Assembly (NCBI RefSeq): GCF_001194135.2
Contig: NC_068982.1
Coordinates: 29,922,494-29,969,953, forward strand
Length of the DNA stretch: 47,460 nt
Source of the DNA: Octopus bimaculoides
Taxonomy: Eukaryota
Direction of reading: 5' to 3'
The notes beneath the pieces were generated by a model, which saw only the letters and a list, made by a program, of their open reading frames with translations, was not told the origin of the DNA and did no database searches. The translations under genes were made by a program, and so were the position numbers. Positions within the stretch are counted from its first letter, which is position 1. The number at the start of each line of letters is the position of its first letter. Shown piece after piece: positions 1 to 11,461 of this stretch.

Positions 1-233
1 GGCACATAAAAGACACCATTTCGAGCGTGGCCGTTTTCGTGCGGGTGACACGTAAAAGCACCCACTACACTCTCTGAGTGGTTGGCGTTAGGAAGGGCAT
101 CCAGCTGTAGAAACTCTGCCAAATCAGACTGGAGCCTGGTGTTGCCATCCGGTTTCACCAGTCCTCAGTCAAATGGTCCAACCCATGCTAGCATGGAAAG
201 CGGACATTAAACGATGATGATGATGATGATGAT
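1..233 (+). mobile_element. RTE-LINE 3' tail / RTE-tailed SINE ending in (GAT)n
   Basis: Contains the gtggttggcgttaggaagggcatccagctgtagaaa ... ccaacccatgctagcatggaaagcggacattaaacgatgatgat motif. The same motif directly follows RTE RT remnants at 37425 and 41955. Confidence 0.85.
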
Positions 234-263
234 ATATATATATATATATACATATATACGACA

Positions 264-421
264 GGTTTCTTTCAGTTTCTCTCTAACAAATCTACTCAAA
301 AGGCTTTGGTTGGCCCAAGTCTATAGTAGAAGACACTTGCCCAAGGTGCCATGCAGTGGGAATGAACCCGGAACCATGTGGTTGGTAAGCAAGTTACTTA
401 TCACACAGCCACTCCTGCGCC
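264..421 (-). mobile_element. tRNA-derived SINE, family 1 (5' half)
   Basis: Reverse complement of the tgtggtaagaag...ggttcagtcccactg...gggcaagtgtcttctactatag...aaagcc head also seen at 2073, 21440, 32323 and 45075. Confidence 0.8.
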
Positions 422-800
422 TATTATATATATATATAAATTATCATTAACAGATATTTGTTGTGTTGATTTGTTTTTTCAGATAAATTCTTAATTACAA
501 TGTAAATTATGATTATTATGTAATATCCGAAAATAAAAATGGAAAAAGAGGAACAAAGAAAGAAAAAGAAAGAAAAAGAAAAAAAGAAAAACTGTAAAAG
601 AAACCAAAAGGGAAAAAAGAAACATTAATTCAAAATCAAGTGCCTCAATTGGTCACACACCACAAGGTTCAACAGAACCTACTGAAGTAAGCGAACATGC
701 TTGTGGCAGGCGCTACTGCAGTCAATGGTGAGGCTAAGGTGTTGGAAAAGCCAAGAACCCTCGTGGGAATCATCTTACACCTTTGTAAGTCAAGCCGCCA

Positions 801-900
801 TACATATATGTGTATGTGCATGCATGTGTGTGTGTGTCTGTGTGCATGTGTATGCATGCATGCATACATGTGCACGTGTGTGTGCATGTGTGTGTATGTG

Positions 901-972
<72 letters not shown>
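801..972. repeat. Compound (TG)n / TGCA-type microsatellite
   Basis: Long TG run directly visible. Confidence 0.95.
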
Positions 973-973
<1 letters not shown>

Positions 974-984
974 CTCTTTGTCTG

Positions 985-1200
985 GACATTATGTGATAGT
1001 TATAAATGAGAATCACCATCATACAGGCAGAGAGATTCGTTCAAATCTCTTTCATATCTAGCCATGGGGATATATATTATCTTACTTCAAAACAAATATG
1101 GCTGGTGACAGAAAGGACATCCAGCTGTAGAAAATCTGCCTGAATGAAAACTGACCAACCAAGCCATACAAGCTTGAGAAAGTAGATGTTAAAATGATAA
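985..1200 (+). mobile_element. SINE-like repeat sharing the RTE-type 3' tail
   Basis: ggaaatattaccttacttggaaaca-like segment followed by the aagggcatccagctgtagaaaa tail. Related copies lie at ~12870-13030 and ~45440-45708. Confidence 0.6.
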
Positions 1201-1280
1201 GGAGGAGGTAAATGAGGAAAGAGAGGAGGAGGTAAATGAGGAAAGAGAGGAGGAGGTAAATGAGGAAAGAGAGGAGGAGG
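1201..1280. repeat. 24-bp purine-rich minisatellite, ~3.3 copies
   Basis: Unit ggaggaggtaaatgaggaaagaga at 1201, 1225 and 1249, plus a partial fourth copy. Confidence 0.9.
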
Positions 1281-1348
1281 AAAAGAAGTGTAGAAGATAT
1301 GAGGGATTCCTTATATTAACTATTCAAGGGAGATGGATATGTCTTGAC

Positions 1349-1672
1349 CAGTAATTCTCAGCTGGGGTCCATATAGAATTTTTGCGGGTTCACATAACAA
1401 AATAGTAAATTGGGTGTCCACAATATTTTAAGGGCCCTAAAAAATTTTGCATTAGACCTATGTATTGGTATGTATTACAAGAAACAGCTAGGTTTTTTTC
1501 TCTGTCTTACATAGTTCAACCTGCACAAGTTGACGTGTGAAAAACAAAATAGGAATTTTGAAAGAAGTTTCTATAAAATTGATTTTTAAGCATTGAATGG
1601 CTATGGAGATCTACCAGAATAAAAGAGTAATCAAAGGGATCCCTAGATAAAACAAACAGTTGAGAACCCCTG
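1349..1672. mobile_element. hAT (Charlie-like) MITE
   Basis: Ends CAGTAATTCTCAGC ... GTTGAGAACCCCTG form imperfect TIRs. Flanked by an 8-bp TSD GTCTTGAC (1341-1348) / GTCTAGAC (1673-1680), fitting the hAT-Charlie NTCTAGAN target. Confidence 0.85.
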
Positions 1673-2072
1673 GTCTAGACCCTTTGCAGGCTGTCACATA
1701 TGTATATTGCAATTGAAGAAGGTGAATTTTTTTTTTTTTTAAGACACTTTTGTTTTTGTTTCACATAGAAAACCGTCCTAAAACATTATAAGCCTCTTTC
1801 CTATCATACAATACATTACTCTCATAATATAAAGACTAACTTACTTAATATCTACTATAATAATACTCTTGTGTCTTTCTCCGTCATAACATATGAATGT
1901 TCTCACCAGTGTCTCCTATAACATAATAACCTACTCTCCAGCACCTTAACAATACCTGTCTCTATCTCTGTAACCAGTGGCATTTCTGTTACCAAAATCA
2001 TTTTGCTTCACAGAACATTTCAATTGCAAGGTTCTATAATAACCTTAGCTGTATGATAAAGAGTTTGTTTCA

Positions 2073-2165
2073 TAACAATATAGCTCCAGGTTCAGTCCCA
2101 CTGTGTGGCGCCAAAGCCTTGTGAGTGGATTTGGTTGATGGAAACTGAGAGATGCCCATTGTGTG

Positions 2166-2233
<68 letters not shown>

Positions 2234-2445
2234 ACCACCACTTGACCACTGGTGCTGGTGTGTTTACATTACCGTAACTTTGCAGTTTGACAAAAGATAC
2301 CTATAGAATAAGTAGTAGGCTTAAAAAAAACAAAAACAAAAAATGTACTGGGGTTAATTAGTTTGACTAAAATTCCTTAAGGCACTGCACCAGCATGGCC
2401 ATAGTCTAATGACTGCAACAAGCAAAAGATAAGAGATAAACCTTG
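2073..2445 (+). mobile_element. tRNA-derived SINE, family 1, with internal (TG)n
   Basis: B-box-like ggttcagtccc, central (TG)n at 2161-2230, and the 3' body ccaccacttgac...ccagcatggcc...gactgcaacaagcaaaaga shared with other copies. Confidence 0.85.
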
Positions 2446-2644
2446 GTCGCTTTACTTTTACAGATAATCCAAATCCAAGATTAGGAGGCAATATGTCACA
2501 ATCTCCTCATTTACTCAATCCATCAATTTTGAAACTTTCCTTTATATTTTTAACAGTTGATTATAATTGTTCTAACAATAGCTCCAAATCAATATATTTA
2601 AAGACACAAGCCACTGTAGATAAGCTAAGAGATAGTGATGTTGA

Positions 2645-4187
2645 TGTTGTAAGGAATTAGTAATAACGGTACACCCCCTCCCACGTGACAAATGAAATAA
2701 CCTAGTCACTATAAATAAAGAGAAGTATGTGAAGTACCAGAGTACGTAGTAGGTAGTCAGAGATAGCTGTGTGTCTTAATAGTTTCACTAAGTATACTGT
2801 ATACCAAAGTGGGCGTTATAATAATCCAACATTTAAAAAATATAATAGTGGCAACGAGGATTTAAACAACTCGCAAGGAATTAATAAACTCAACATGGAT
2901 TTTAACAACTTATGAGGAATTAAGAAACTCAAAGAAGCTTTTGCTGTGTGAATTTTACAAAACAAATATCATAAAATTATAGAAAATTTGTTGGCTGGTT
3001 TGCTTGAGTCACAAAAATAGCAACAGCAACAGCAGTATCTACAACTGCAAGAACAACAGCTGAAGCAACAACACCACCACCACCATCAACAACAACAACA
3101 GCAGATACAACTTAAAGAACAACAGAAGCTACAACAAATGCTAAAACTACTGAAGTTGTCAGGAAAGTCAGAATAAGTGTTCTCGCCAGACTATGTTGCA
3201 AACGTCATAACAGAGTTCAAATACGAACCAGATGAAGCAGTTACCTTCAAAGCATACTACAGAAAATATGAGCAAAACTTCGAGAAAGAATGTAAAGATT
3301 GGGACAACAAGATGAAAACATGCTTAATCTTGAGAAAACTGGTGGAAATAGAACATGAATGATACAGTAATTATGTATTCCCAAGAAAACCTTTGGACAT
3401 AAACTTTATTGACACAGTAGATATATTGTGTAAAATTTTCAGTGAAAAAAGCTCATTGTTCAACACACGTTAGAAGTCTTTGATAAATTGCTGCCTGGCA
3501 AAAAAAAGATAAAGTACCAGGGAAGACATAGCAAGATTCTTTAAAGTTGGTGGAAAGATGTATATGAAAGTATACAAGAATAGAAAGCAGAATTGGGAAG
3601 ATGGTGTAATTACCAAATGCATAGGTAAAATGATGTGTTGGGTAAAAAGTAGAAAAGGTATACAAAAGAGACACAGGATCCAGCTGAAAATGAGATTTGT
3701 GGAAAACGAACCAAAGTAGTTGGAGGAAGTGATGGAAATTTTGTATGATATGTTCCAAGTACCAACGCCACTGCAGTACCAGTGCCACCCTGGCAGACAA
3801 GTAAGAAGAAAAGAAAACATACAGAATTCCTGAAAACAGATGTCAAGCACAAAAAATATTAAATTGTATCAAAAAAAAAAAAAATCAAAAAAGGGAGGTG
3901 GGGTGAATAAAAAAAAAATATTGCTAAATAAAATGGCACTTCCTACGAAAAACTCATAAGGGGAGATGTTGTAGGGAATTAGTAATAATGGTACACTCCT
4001 CCCATGTGATGAATGGAATAACCTAGTCACTATAAGTGAAGTACCAGAGTATGTGAAGTACCAGAGTATGTGAAGTACCAGAGTACATAGTCAGCACTCA
4101 GAGACAGTTGTGTCTTAGTGGTTTTACCAAGTATACTGTATACTGAAGTGGGCGTTATAACAATCCAACATTAAAAGGATTATAACA
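2645..4187 (+). mobile_element. Internally deleted Ty3/Gypsy (Mag/Cer-like) LTR retrotransposon
   Basis: LTR1 2645-2847 and LTR2 3967-4187 (TGTTG...ATA/ACA). PBS TGGCAACGAGGAT at 2849; PPT AAGGGGAGA at 3958-3966; flanks GTTGA / GTTTA as a 5-bp TSD with one mismatch. Contains a gag remnant (EFKYEPDEAVTFKAYYRKYE...LRKL) and an integrase C-terminal remnant (FKVGGKMYMKVY...WEDGVITKCIG). Confidence 0.9.
3177..3480 (+). pseudogene. Gag remnant of the Gypsy element, preceded by a Gln-rich CAA/CAG tract (~3020-3140)
   Basis: FSPDYVANVITEFKYEPDEAVTFKAYYRKYEQNFEKEC...KTCLILRKL..EHE*YSNYVFPRKP.D..F.DTV.IL..IF.EKSSLFNTR resembles Mag/K02A2.6-type gag N-termini. In-frame stops are present. Confidence 0.75.
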
Positions 4188-4259
4188 GTTTATCAGGCAG
4201 CATTATCCACTAAAATGCTGTAAAGCATGTTATAAAAATAATATTCGATGAAAGAATTT

Positions 4260-4514
4260 AAAAGGGGGAATGTTAGTAGCTAGTAGAACACCAGTAAGGT
4301 CTTCTAATAGAATTTTAAAATTAAACAATAGTAAGATTCAAAGTCAGTTGCGGAATTCAAATATTAGTCAACAACATAAAGTTATAATTTGATTAGTCAG
4401 TGAAAGTCTGCAATATACTAAGCACAAAAGTTTGCTAATCTTCTAGAACAGACGTAATTTGTTTCTTTAGAATTACTTTAATTAGAATCATCTTTATATA
4501 CAATAACTCTTACA
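4260..4514 (+). mobile_element. PPT plus 3' LTR of a second LTR element (possibly Copia or BEL)
   Basis: Purine tract AAAAGGGGGAA is immediately followed by TGTTAG (4271), and the segment ends in ...CTTACA (4514). Confidence 0.45.
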
Positions 4515-4649
4515 TATTCTGATACTACATACCTATTTAAAGGATGTCTGTCAGCTTATGAATAGAATAGAATGTTGAATATAGATGGGATGGAATGTGT
4601 ATGCGTGTGTGTGACTATTCACATACATGCCATGCCCTTTGTATTCAAC

Positions 4650-4770
4650 ATCTTGTATGATATATATATATATATATGTATGTATACATGTATATGTATT
4701 TATTTGTCTTTATATACATAAATACATACATACATACATATATACATACATATATACATAACTACATACA
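4650..4770. repeat. (TA)n/(TACA)n compound microsatellite
   Basis: Directly visible. Confidence 0.9.
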
Positions 4771-5104
4771 TATTTCTGTTGAATTCTGCTGCTTTTGTTA
4801 CAATTAATTTTGAAAATAATGGAAAATTTTTGTAAAATAACTTTGTCATTATTTTACTGGCATTTGGAACATAACATGAAATTTTGATGGAAGATTTAAA
4901 TTTAGTTCACTTTAAAACAAGCTTGTATCATAGAACCATAAGTGGCTTCAGGCAGTTTGAACCTCTATTATTAAACACTCAGTATTTCCAATTGCCATTG
5001 ACTTTGAAATCAGCATATTCTTGGATTACTTTATTCAAAACATTTATATAACACTGCATATAATTCTGAAAATCTAGATTTATTTTAATGCTTGCTACAT
5101 ATCA

Positions 5105-5330
5105 GCACCTTCACCTGTCTCTGAACCAGCCAGAAATTGCATTAACTTGTTCTTTTGTTTCTTAATGTCCTATATTCTTCGAAAACCGATGTTGTATTCA
5201 TGCACAACAGCATTCTGGTTTTCTCTTCTTTTCAAATTACATATTATTCTATATATGGATTCAATGCAAGAGATACATGCTTAATTTCCACATCTTTCTC
5301 GAATTTGCTACACTTATTAATGTTAGAAGG
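5105..5330 (-). pseudogene. Tigger/pogo transposase N-terminal HTH remnant
   Basis: Minus-strand translation ...KHVSL... / NLKRRENQNAVVHEYNIGFRRI*DIKKQKNKLMQF resembles the CENP-B/jerky-type psq HTH (EYGIG.STI.DIKKQK.KL). Frameshifted. Confidence 0.5.
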
Positions 5331-5619
5331 CATTTTCATTTATGGGTTGCCAATAGATAAAGGCACATACTAAATACTTAGGTGCTGGCTATTCTGTTCA
5401 GTCCTCTCATATCTTCTCCTCTTTGTGTTCAAAGCCACTAATCCTAAGCCCAATCCTCTCTTCCTGAAATGTCAGATCCCTGGAATTCCTTCCCTGCTCA
5501 TGATTTTCTTGTAGATGTTGACCTGTAAATGTCCATGATAAGCACTAATAGCACCAATCTCCCTGATATAGAGAGCTTGGAAAGCCTTGGCCGCCTCGAA
5601 CCCCCTACAGATCCAAATA

Positions 5620-5990
5620 AAAACAATAACAAAAGAACCCCCAAAAACCCAATGTTGTGATGTCAGAAGATAAATGGTACAAAGAGCAAAAATGGTTGAA
5701 GCACAAAACATGAGTTGAACATTCAAGTGTGCCAGATTATTGGATATCAATTAACAGAACTTTACTATAGCACTGACAAGGTACTGGTGGACAAAATATG
5801 TAGCTGATGACATGAAAATGTAATGGACTGTAAACTCTATTAAAACAAAATTCTGTCATGAAGCCTACATAAATGAAAGCTACCCACTGTGAAATGTCGT
5901 AGTACAGAAACCAACATCACTTCATATCCTAAAGATGAGGCTAAGATAGCAGACGAAAGTTGTTAAAAATGAAGTCACAGATATAAAATA
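5620..5990 (+). mobile_element. Penelope-like element 3' remnant (GIY-YIG tail plus pLTR with hammerhead-like motif)
   Basis: Weak translated similarity to the Penelope GIY-YIG C-terminus, followed by CTAAAGATGAG...CGAAAG in hammerhead geometry at 5919-5975. Confidence 0.45.
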
Positions 5991-6084
5991 AGGTTCTTAA
6001 TGTAATTTCTCAATTATTTAACTTCACTACAACAGTGTCTTCTATGTTTTACAGTAATAGTGAACAGTGTATATAACCCTTTCC

Positions 6085-6260
6085 ACTATAGGCACAAGGT
6101 CTAAAATTTTTGGGGAGGGCTCAGTCGATTACATTGACTCCAAGAGAATGAAAGGCAATGTCAACCTTTGCAGCATTTGAACTCAGACCATAAAGCTAGA
6201 AGGATGCTGCTAAGCGTTTTATCCTGCTAGGTAATGATTCTGCAAGCTTGCTGCCTTGAA
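6085..6260 (-). mobile_element. tRNA-derived SINE, family 2
   Basis: ggcacaagg...gtcgattacattgac...gaatgaaaggcaatgtcaacct...tttgaactcag motif, shared with copies at 11873, 12115, 13683 and 12727. Confidence 0.75.
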
Positions 6261-6830
6261 TCAATGAAGTAAAAATATATATATATAAAAAAAAAAAAAA
6301 ATGAAACTGATATATGAATGTATGAATTTTCTTGACAGACATTGACTACAACATCTCATGAACAAAGTTCTCTCTGAATCTATTTGTATGATGTTAGAAG
6401 ATGATGTGATGTCACAAAATTGATCTCTTCTGAAATTCTCAGTCTTTATTACATAATAGAAAGTTTCTTTTGAACTAACATGGCTTCAGATATTTATCTA
6501 CAGATATGTCTTTGATTTGCAAACAGGCCTGTTGTTTAGTTGCATTATCTCGATGTCTCATCTAGCATGCAGTTAATTTGATGTGAAGCCTCAACGGTGT
6601 GATTTATGTCATTAATATTATTATTTGGGCCGGCTAAGGAAGATCATCAGATTATGAAATGAGATCATGTTGAAATACACTATAATGATAGCTAAACTTT
6701 GAAGATACTTGGACAACTTTCATGAAAGACCTATTGTACAGAACAACATTTTGAAATATTTTTCAGATATATATTTGTATGTTATTACTTCAGACAAGAA
6801 AACTTTCTTCTCATTAATGAAACTAGACTG

Positions 6831-6832
<2 letters not shown>

Positions 6833-6876
<44 letters not shown>
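6833..6876. repeat. (CA)n microsatellite
   Basis: Directly visible. Confidence 0.95.
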
Positions 6877-6881
<5 letters not shown>

Positions 6882-7765
6882 TATGATTATATATGATTGT
6901 ATCCAAAGTTTTTTGCTTGTTCCCAAATGTTTCCATTTTCTAAAATAAAAAAAAAATTACCAAGACTAATGTTTACTTATGTAAGTACCAAGGATATTGA
7001 TTATCAATATAAATATTTTAAATCAAATAAAAACCTATGAGAAGAAAAAAAATATTATCTTTACTTTCTAGAAAGTCTCATCAAATATTCAGAGGTTAGT
7101 GTCATAGATGGAATACAATTATTATTATTATTATGCTGCCTGGTTATGATATTCGAATGTTGTATTTTGGATTTATATTTGGTTTATCTTAAGTACAACA
7201 AAATAGAAAATAAATAGAAATGATAGTTATTTTTTTTGTTTGTAAATGTAAAGCTTATTTTAGTTTGAAAAGATACATTCAGTTTACTTAGTAAAATATA
7301 TAACATTGTGAGTTGTTTTATCATTCATGAGGATATGAAACACTTTATCAAATCAACCTTTAGAGATTTGATTTCATATCACTTGGATGCCCAAGCTGTA
7401 GCACATGTGGTAGAAATATGGCTGTGTGCTTTAAAAGTCCACTTTGCGTCTGTATGGAGGCTGTGGTTCCATTACAAGTAGTGTCTTGCGTCTCAGGTGA
7501 TCAATGCTTTGCACATGGAAATTTGGTCAACTGGTGGGGCTGTGGGGGTAAAGAGTAAGGAGGACAAAGAGGAATAGGTGAATAATTCTGGAGCAGGTAG
7601 GGGGTAAAAATGGAAATTATAGAAAAATGAAATGGTGAATTTAGACAAAATAGTGTAGATAGTGAAAGAAGAAATTTGAACTTCTGTTTCATTGGAAGGC
7701 ATATGGTTAGGGATATGGTGCTGGAAGCCAAGCCAGAGACTCATAGCTATGTATGTATGAATGTA

Positions 7766-10584
7766 TTTTTTAATTATTATAAATCTTCCACTGAGGATGG
7801 AGCCAGTTTTCAATAAAGATACAAGGTTCCATCTTTGGGATGTAGTTAACACAGAATTAGCCTGTCAATTTCTGTTTCTGAAAATCTCAGTTTACCCAGA
7901 TTCTCTTTTAAGCATTTACTAACAAAACCTAGTGCTCCAATTATTATTGGTATGAATATGAATTCATAGTCTGGATATAGAAGCTGGAGGTTTCAAAGCA
8001 GTTGTCCATTGATATGCTCTTTTTCTTTGATTTTCAAATAGATATTTATATCTGCAGGGCAGCTGACCTCTATGACAGTACATATCTTTGCCCCTCTGTC
8101 CCAAATAACAATATCTGGCCTGTTATGTTTACATTTGATAGAAGTTTTGATGAGAATATTCCACCAGTATTCCTTGAGTTAGTGTTTATGAATGTATTCC
8201 ATAATAGAGGGATTTTCTAAGTTTATTTCAGGACAGCCTTTTTTGTGGATGGCATTGTAAATTGTTTTAGTGACAACATCATGTCACATAGGGAAGTAGT
8301 ACCATGATGACATTTTAAGATAGCTGTTAGTCACATGCATGATGTCTTCCACAGAAACATGACATAGCTTACATATGCGGTTGTACCTTGGGATTACAAG
8401 AGCATCACTGTCTCTCTTGTTCACCAGGTATTTGGTGGCAATCTCCTGTTCCTGGATTGCAAACATATAGCCTTCAATGTATGATGTGATGTAATGGTTT
8501 TGTGTCCAAGAGAGGCTGCACTTCATGTAAATTCTATTGTCTTCTTCAACCTTCCGGGCAACATTCCCTTGCATGGTCTATTTTATGTATGCTGAGTGCT
8601 TTCCATCCAGGTCTTCTCTGGAGTAAGAGAGCCCAGCTGTTTTGCAGGGCTGTATAGGAGATGATCAGGAAGAGAGTGCTTCTTGAGGAGCTCACTGCCA
8701 ACTCATACAACGTTGCTCACTTCATTTCCCAGCACTGTATTTATATATTTATTTTTGCTGCTGTTGTTTAGCAGGTGCTGCCAGAATGATACCATATGAC
8801 ATTCAAAGGCTGTCTGCACTGATCTCAGGCCTCTATCACTTTCATTTCTTCTTAAGCAGAGCCTGTCAACATCACTGTTTCTGTGGAAGGTCCCAGTTGT
8901 TGTCAGGATTTTGTGGGTTTTGATATCTATGGAGTGGATTTCCTCTACAGACCAATCAAGTATCCCAAATGTTGGAATCTGCACTGGTATTGCAAATGCA
9001 TTGTGAGATATTGTTTTGTTGTTAGAAGAGAGATATGACTGCAATTTTTTCCTAAGTCCAGTGTAAAATGCTCAGATCACTCTATCTTTATTCACAGTGC
9101 CTTCATATGATACATTTTCGTCTGTGCTTAGGTACTTGTAACATTCTTTGTGTGGAATGGAGGAGATAGAGAGACTGTTGATGCACAGGCTTTGCATTTG
9201 GGGTATTGACTTTCCTCGTTCTATAACCAAATATGAACATTTCTTTTGGCCAAAGTCCATGCTTATATCAGCCAAAAATGTTATTAATTTCAGTTGTTTT
9301 TTGGCCTCGTTAACACTTTTAGCATAAATCTTCAGGTCGTCTGCAAAGAAATTGAATTACATTGATATTTCTAGCAGCTGAAGATCCTAGCATGTAACCA
9401 TTTGTTTTCTGCAGTAGGAACGATATTAGATTCAGTACCAAAAAGAAAGAGAAGTACAGAAAGACTATCTCCTTGGAATATTCCCTTTGAAATGCCTATA
9501 CTACCTGAAATAATTATTCTGTTCTCAGTTGGAAAGGTGAGAATTGTTGTCCATGTCCTTGTGAGTCTCTCTATAGCAGCAATTAGGTTGGTAGGTATTT
9601 TGCCAGATGTAGTCACTAGAACAGCTATGACTGAAGGACAGAGTTGAATGCCTTCCGATAGTCAAGCCATACTGTCACAAGGTTTCATCATTGTTTTCTT
9701 ACTTCAGTCAATACAACTTTCTTTATTAAAAGTTGTTCAGCACATCCTTACACTCCCTTCTTTCCACCAGCCTGTTCATCAGTCCCAATGTTGTTCGACT
9801 CACAATGGTCCTGGAAGAATTGGTTGAGGCAACTTGTGTATAGTTTGTACATAATGTTTAGGCAAGCAATGGGCTTGTAGTTTCCTGGCATCTTAGTGAT
9901 TTCATTTTTGGCAACAAGATTTCCCCTTGATGTAGCAAGCCCATTTGGTATATCTGTCTGACCATTTATAGTCCTTTTGAACATACATATCAACTAGTTT
10001 CTATCAAATATCAGCTTTTTGTACCAATAAACAACTATTAGATCCCTTCCAGGTGCATTTCCATTTTGTTGTTTGCCTACTACAACCATGAAGGTTTCTG
10101 CAAGAATTTTGTATGTTTTACTGTTAGTGTTGTTACAGTATTCTCTGTCAATTGTATTTAGCCACGATGCTTTCAAGTTGAAATCCCTCTTTTTGTTCCA
10201 AGTTCTTGACCAGAACGACTGTAGATCTTCTTGGGAGGGAGCTTTCTTAATGATAATGTTTTCCTTCCTCATCTCTCTGTATAATGCTTGTGGGTTGGAA
10301 GAAAACTTGCAATTGATACTGGCCCATTCAAAAATTCACATGTGAGAGCAGAGTTTCTCACTCATTGTCCCGAGTTCATGTTTTAAAGTGATTAGCTTTC
10401 CCTCAAGAGTTCCGTGTGAAGAGTTGCTATAAAGTTTCATTAATTTTTGTCTAAGGTAGAGTTGGTGAGATGTAAACTCATTTTTCTCCTTACATTTTAT
10501 TGTTGTAGTTAACCATCTGATACGGTGGCACACATTGTTGGTGTTTCTTCAAGTTTTGTTTTCCATCTAGGTTGTTTCTGTTTA
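7766..10584 (-). mobile_element. 5'-truncated, degenerate R4/Dong-clade non-LTR retrotransposon (RT, CCHC knuckle, RLE endonuclease)
   Basis: Minus-strand fragments in the expected order: PRWKTKLEE; PGNYKPIACLNIMYKLYTS; KGIFQGDSLSVLLF; FADDLKIYA (~9321-9350); KCSYL...YKYL; DVDRLCL.R...RGL; CKLCHVSVEDIMHV; EYWWNILIKTSIKCKHNRPDIVIWD...IEVSCPADINI (~8056-8123); FIPIIIGALG. Multiple stops and frameshifts. Confidence 0.92.
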
Positions 10585-10652
10585 GTATGTATGTAAGTAT
10601 GCATGTATGTATGTATGTATGTATGTATGTATGTATGTATGCATGTATGTGT
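10585..10652. repeat. (TATG)n/(TACA)n microsatellite abutting the 5' end of the R4-like element
   Basis: Directly visible. A short (TATG)n remnant also lies at 7748-7765 on the other side of the element. Confidence 0.9.
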
Positions 10653-11461
10653 ATATCTCGCTGATGCCCAGGACTACAGGAGAAATCAATTGCCTATGGG
10701 ACCATGCAGTGTGGACTACCCATGGAAATGTGTGGTTTTGGATGCAAACTTCACATACAGTGAAATTTTCATAATTTCTTACATTATTGAAAGAAATAAA
10801 TTCTGAATGTTTTGGACTAACAAGTCCTTCATTGTAAAGGAAAAAAATTGTGTCCTTAGGCGATTTAAAGTCTGAAGAATTAGATTGTCTGCAAAGAGAG
10901 AGAAGTAGTGAGGTTAGAGAGAGGTTAGCGGAAAGAGAGAGAGGTTAGCGGAAAGAAATAAGTATCTTTAGATGTTTAAATGTTTATTTGTTTATTTCTT
11001 CTCTATCTCTATGTTTATATGTGTGAGTGAGAAAGGCAGGGGTTGGATGGAGAGCTTATCAAAATAATTAATTGAACTAATTCATACTGATTTGCGTAGA
11101 CAATTACAAGTTAATTATTTCCTCTGTTTTTCTGGTGTTTTACCTTGTTGAAATTAAGAAAAGAAAATTTTCAATTTATCTCTTGAATGAAAAAATAAAA
11201 AGATATAAAAGTTTTCAGAAAATGAAAAAGAATTTCTTTATCCGTCCACTTGTTTAATAATACTCTGCTCCTGTTGACCTTTTGCCTGGCCAAAGTATTT
11301 TTATGTTTGTCGTAAATGTCCATGCTTGTTTTCAAATTTTTAGCTAGCATTTTGATTCATGTGTTCTGAGGAAGATAAAGCTTTCCTTTCATGATAAGAC
11401 CCGAGTTACACTAGTGGTTGACAAAAATTGGGAATGTGTATCATATATGATGCATAGAGAC

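Noticed and set aside
669-1061. Several overlapping 80-117 aa ORFs (VCVC/HTHT-rich); likewise at 31379-31899 and 35514-35974
   Set aside because: These are stop-free translations of (TG)n/(CA)n microsatellites, not genes.
6380-6620. Possible piggyBac transposase relic on the minus strand (KDISVD)
   Set aside because: Only a few residues are similar and the neighbouring motifs are absent.
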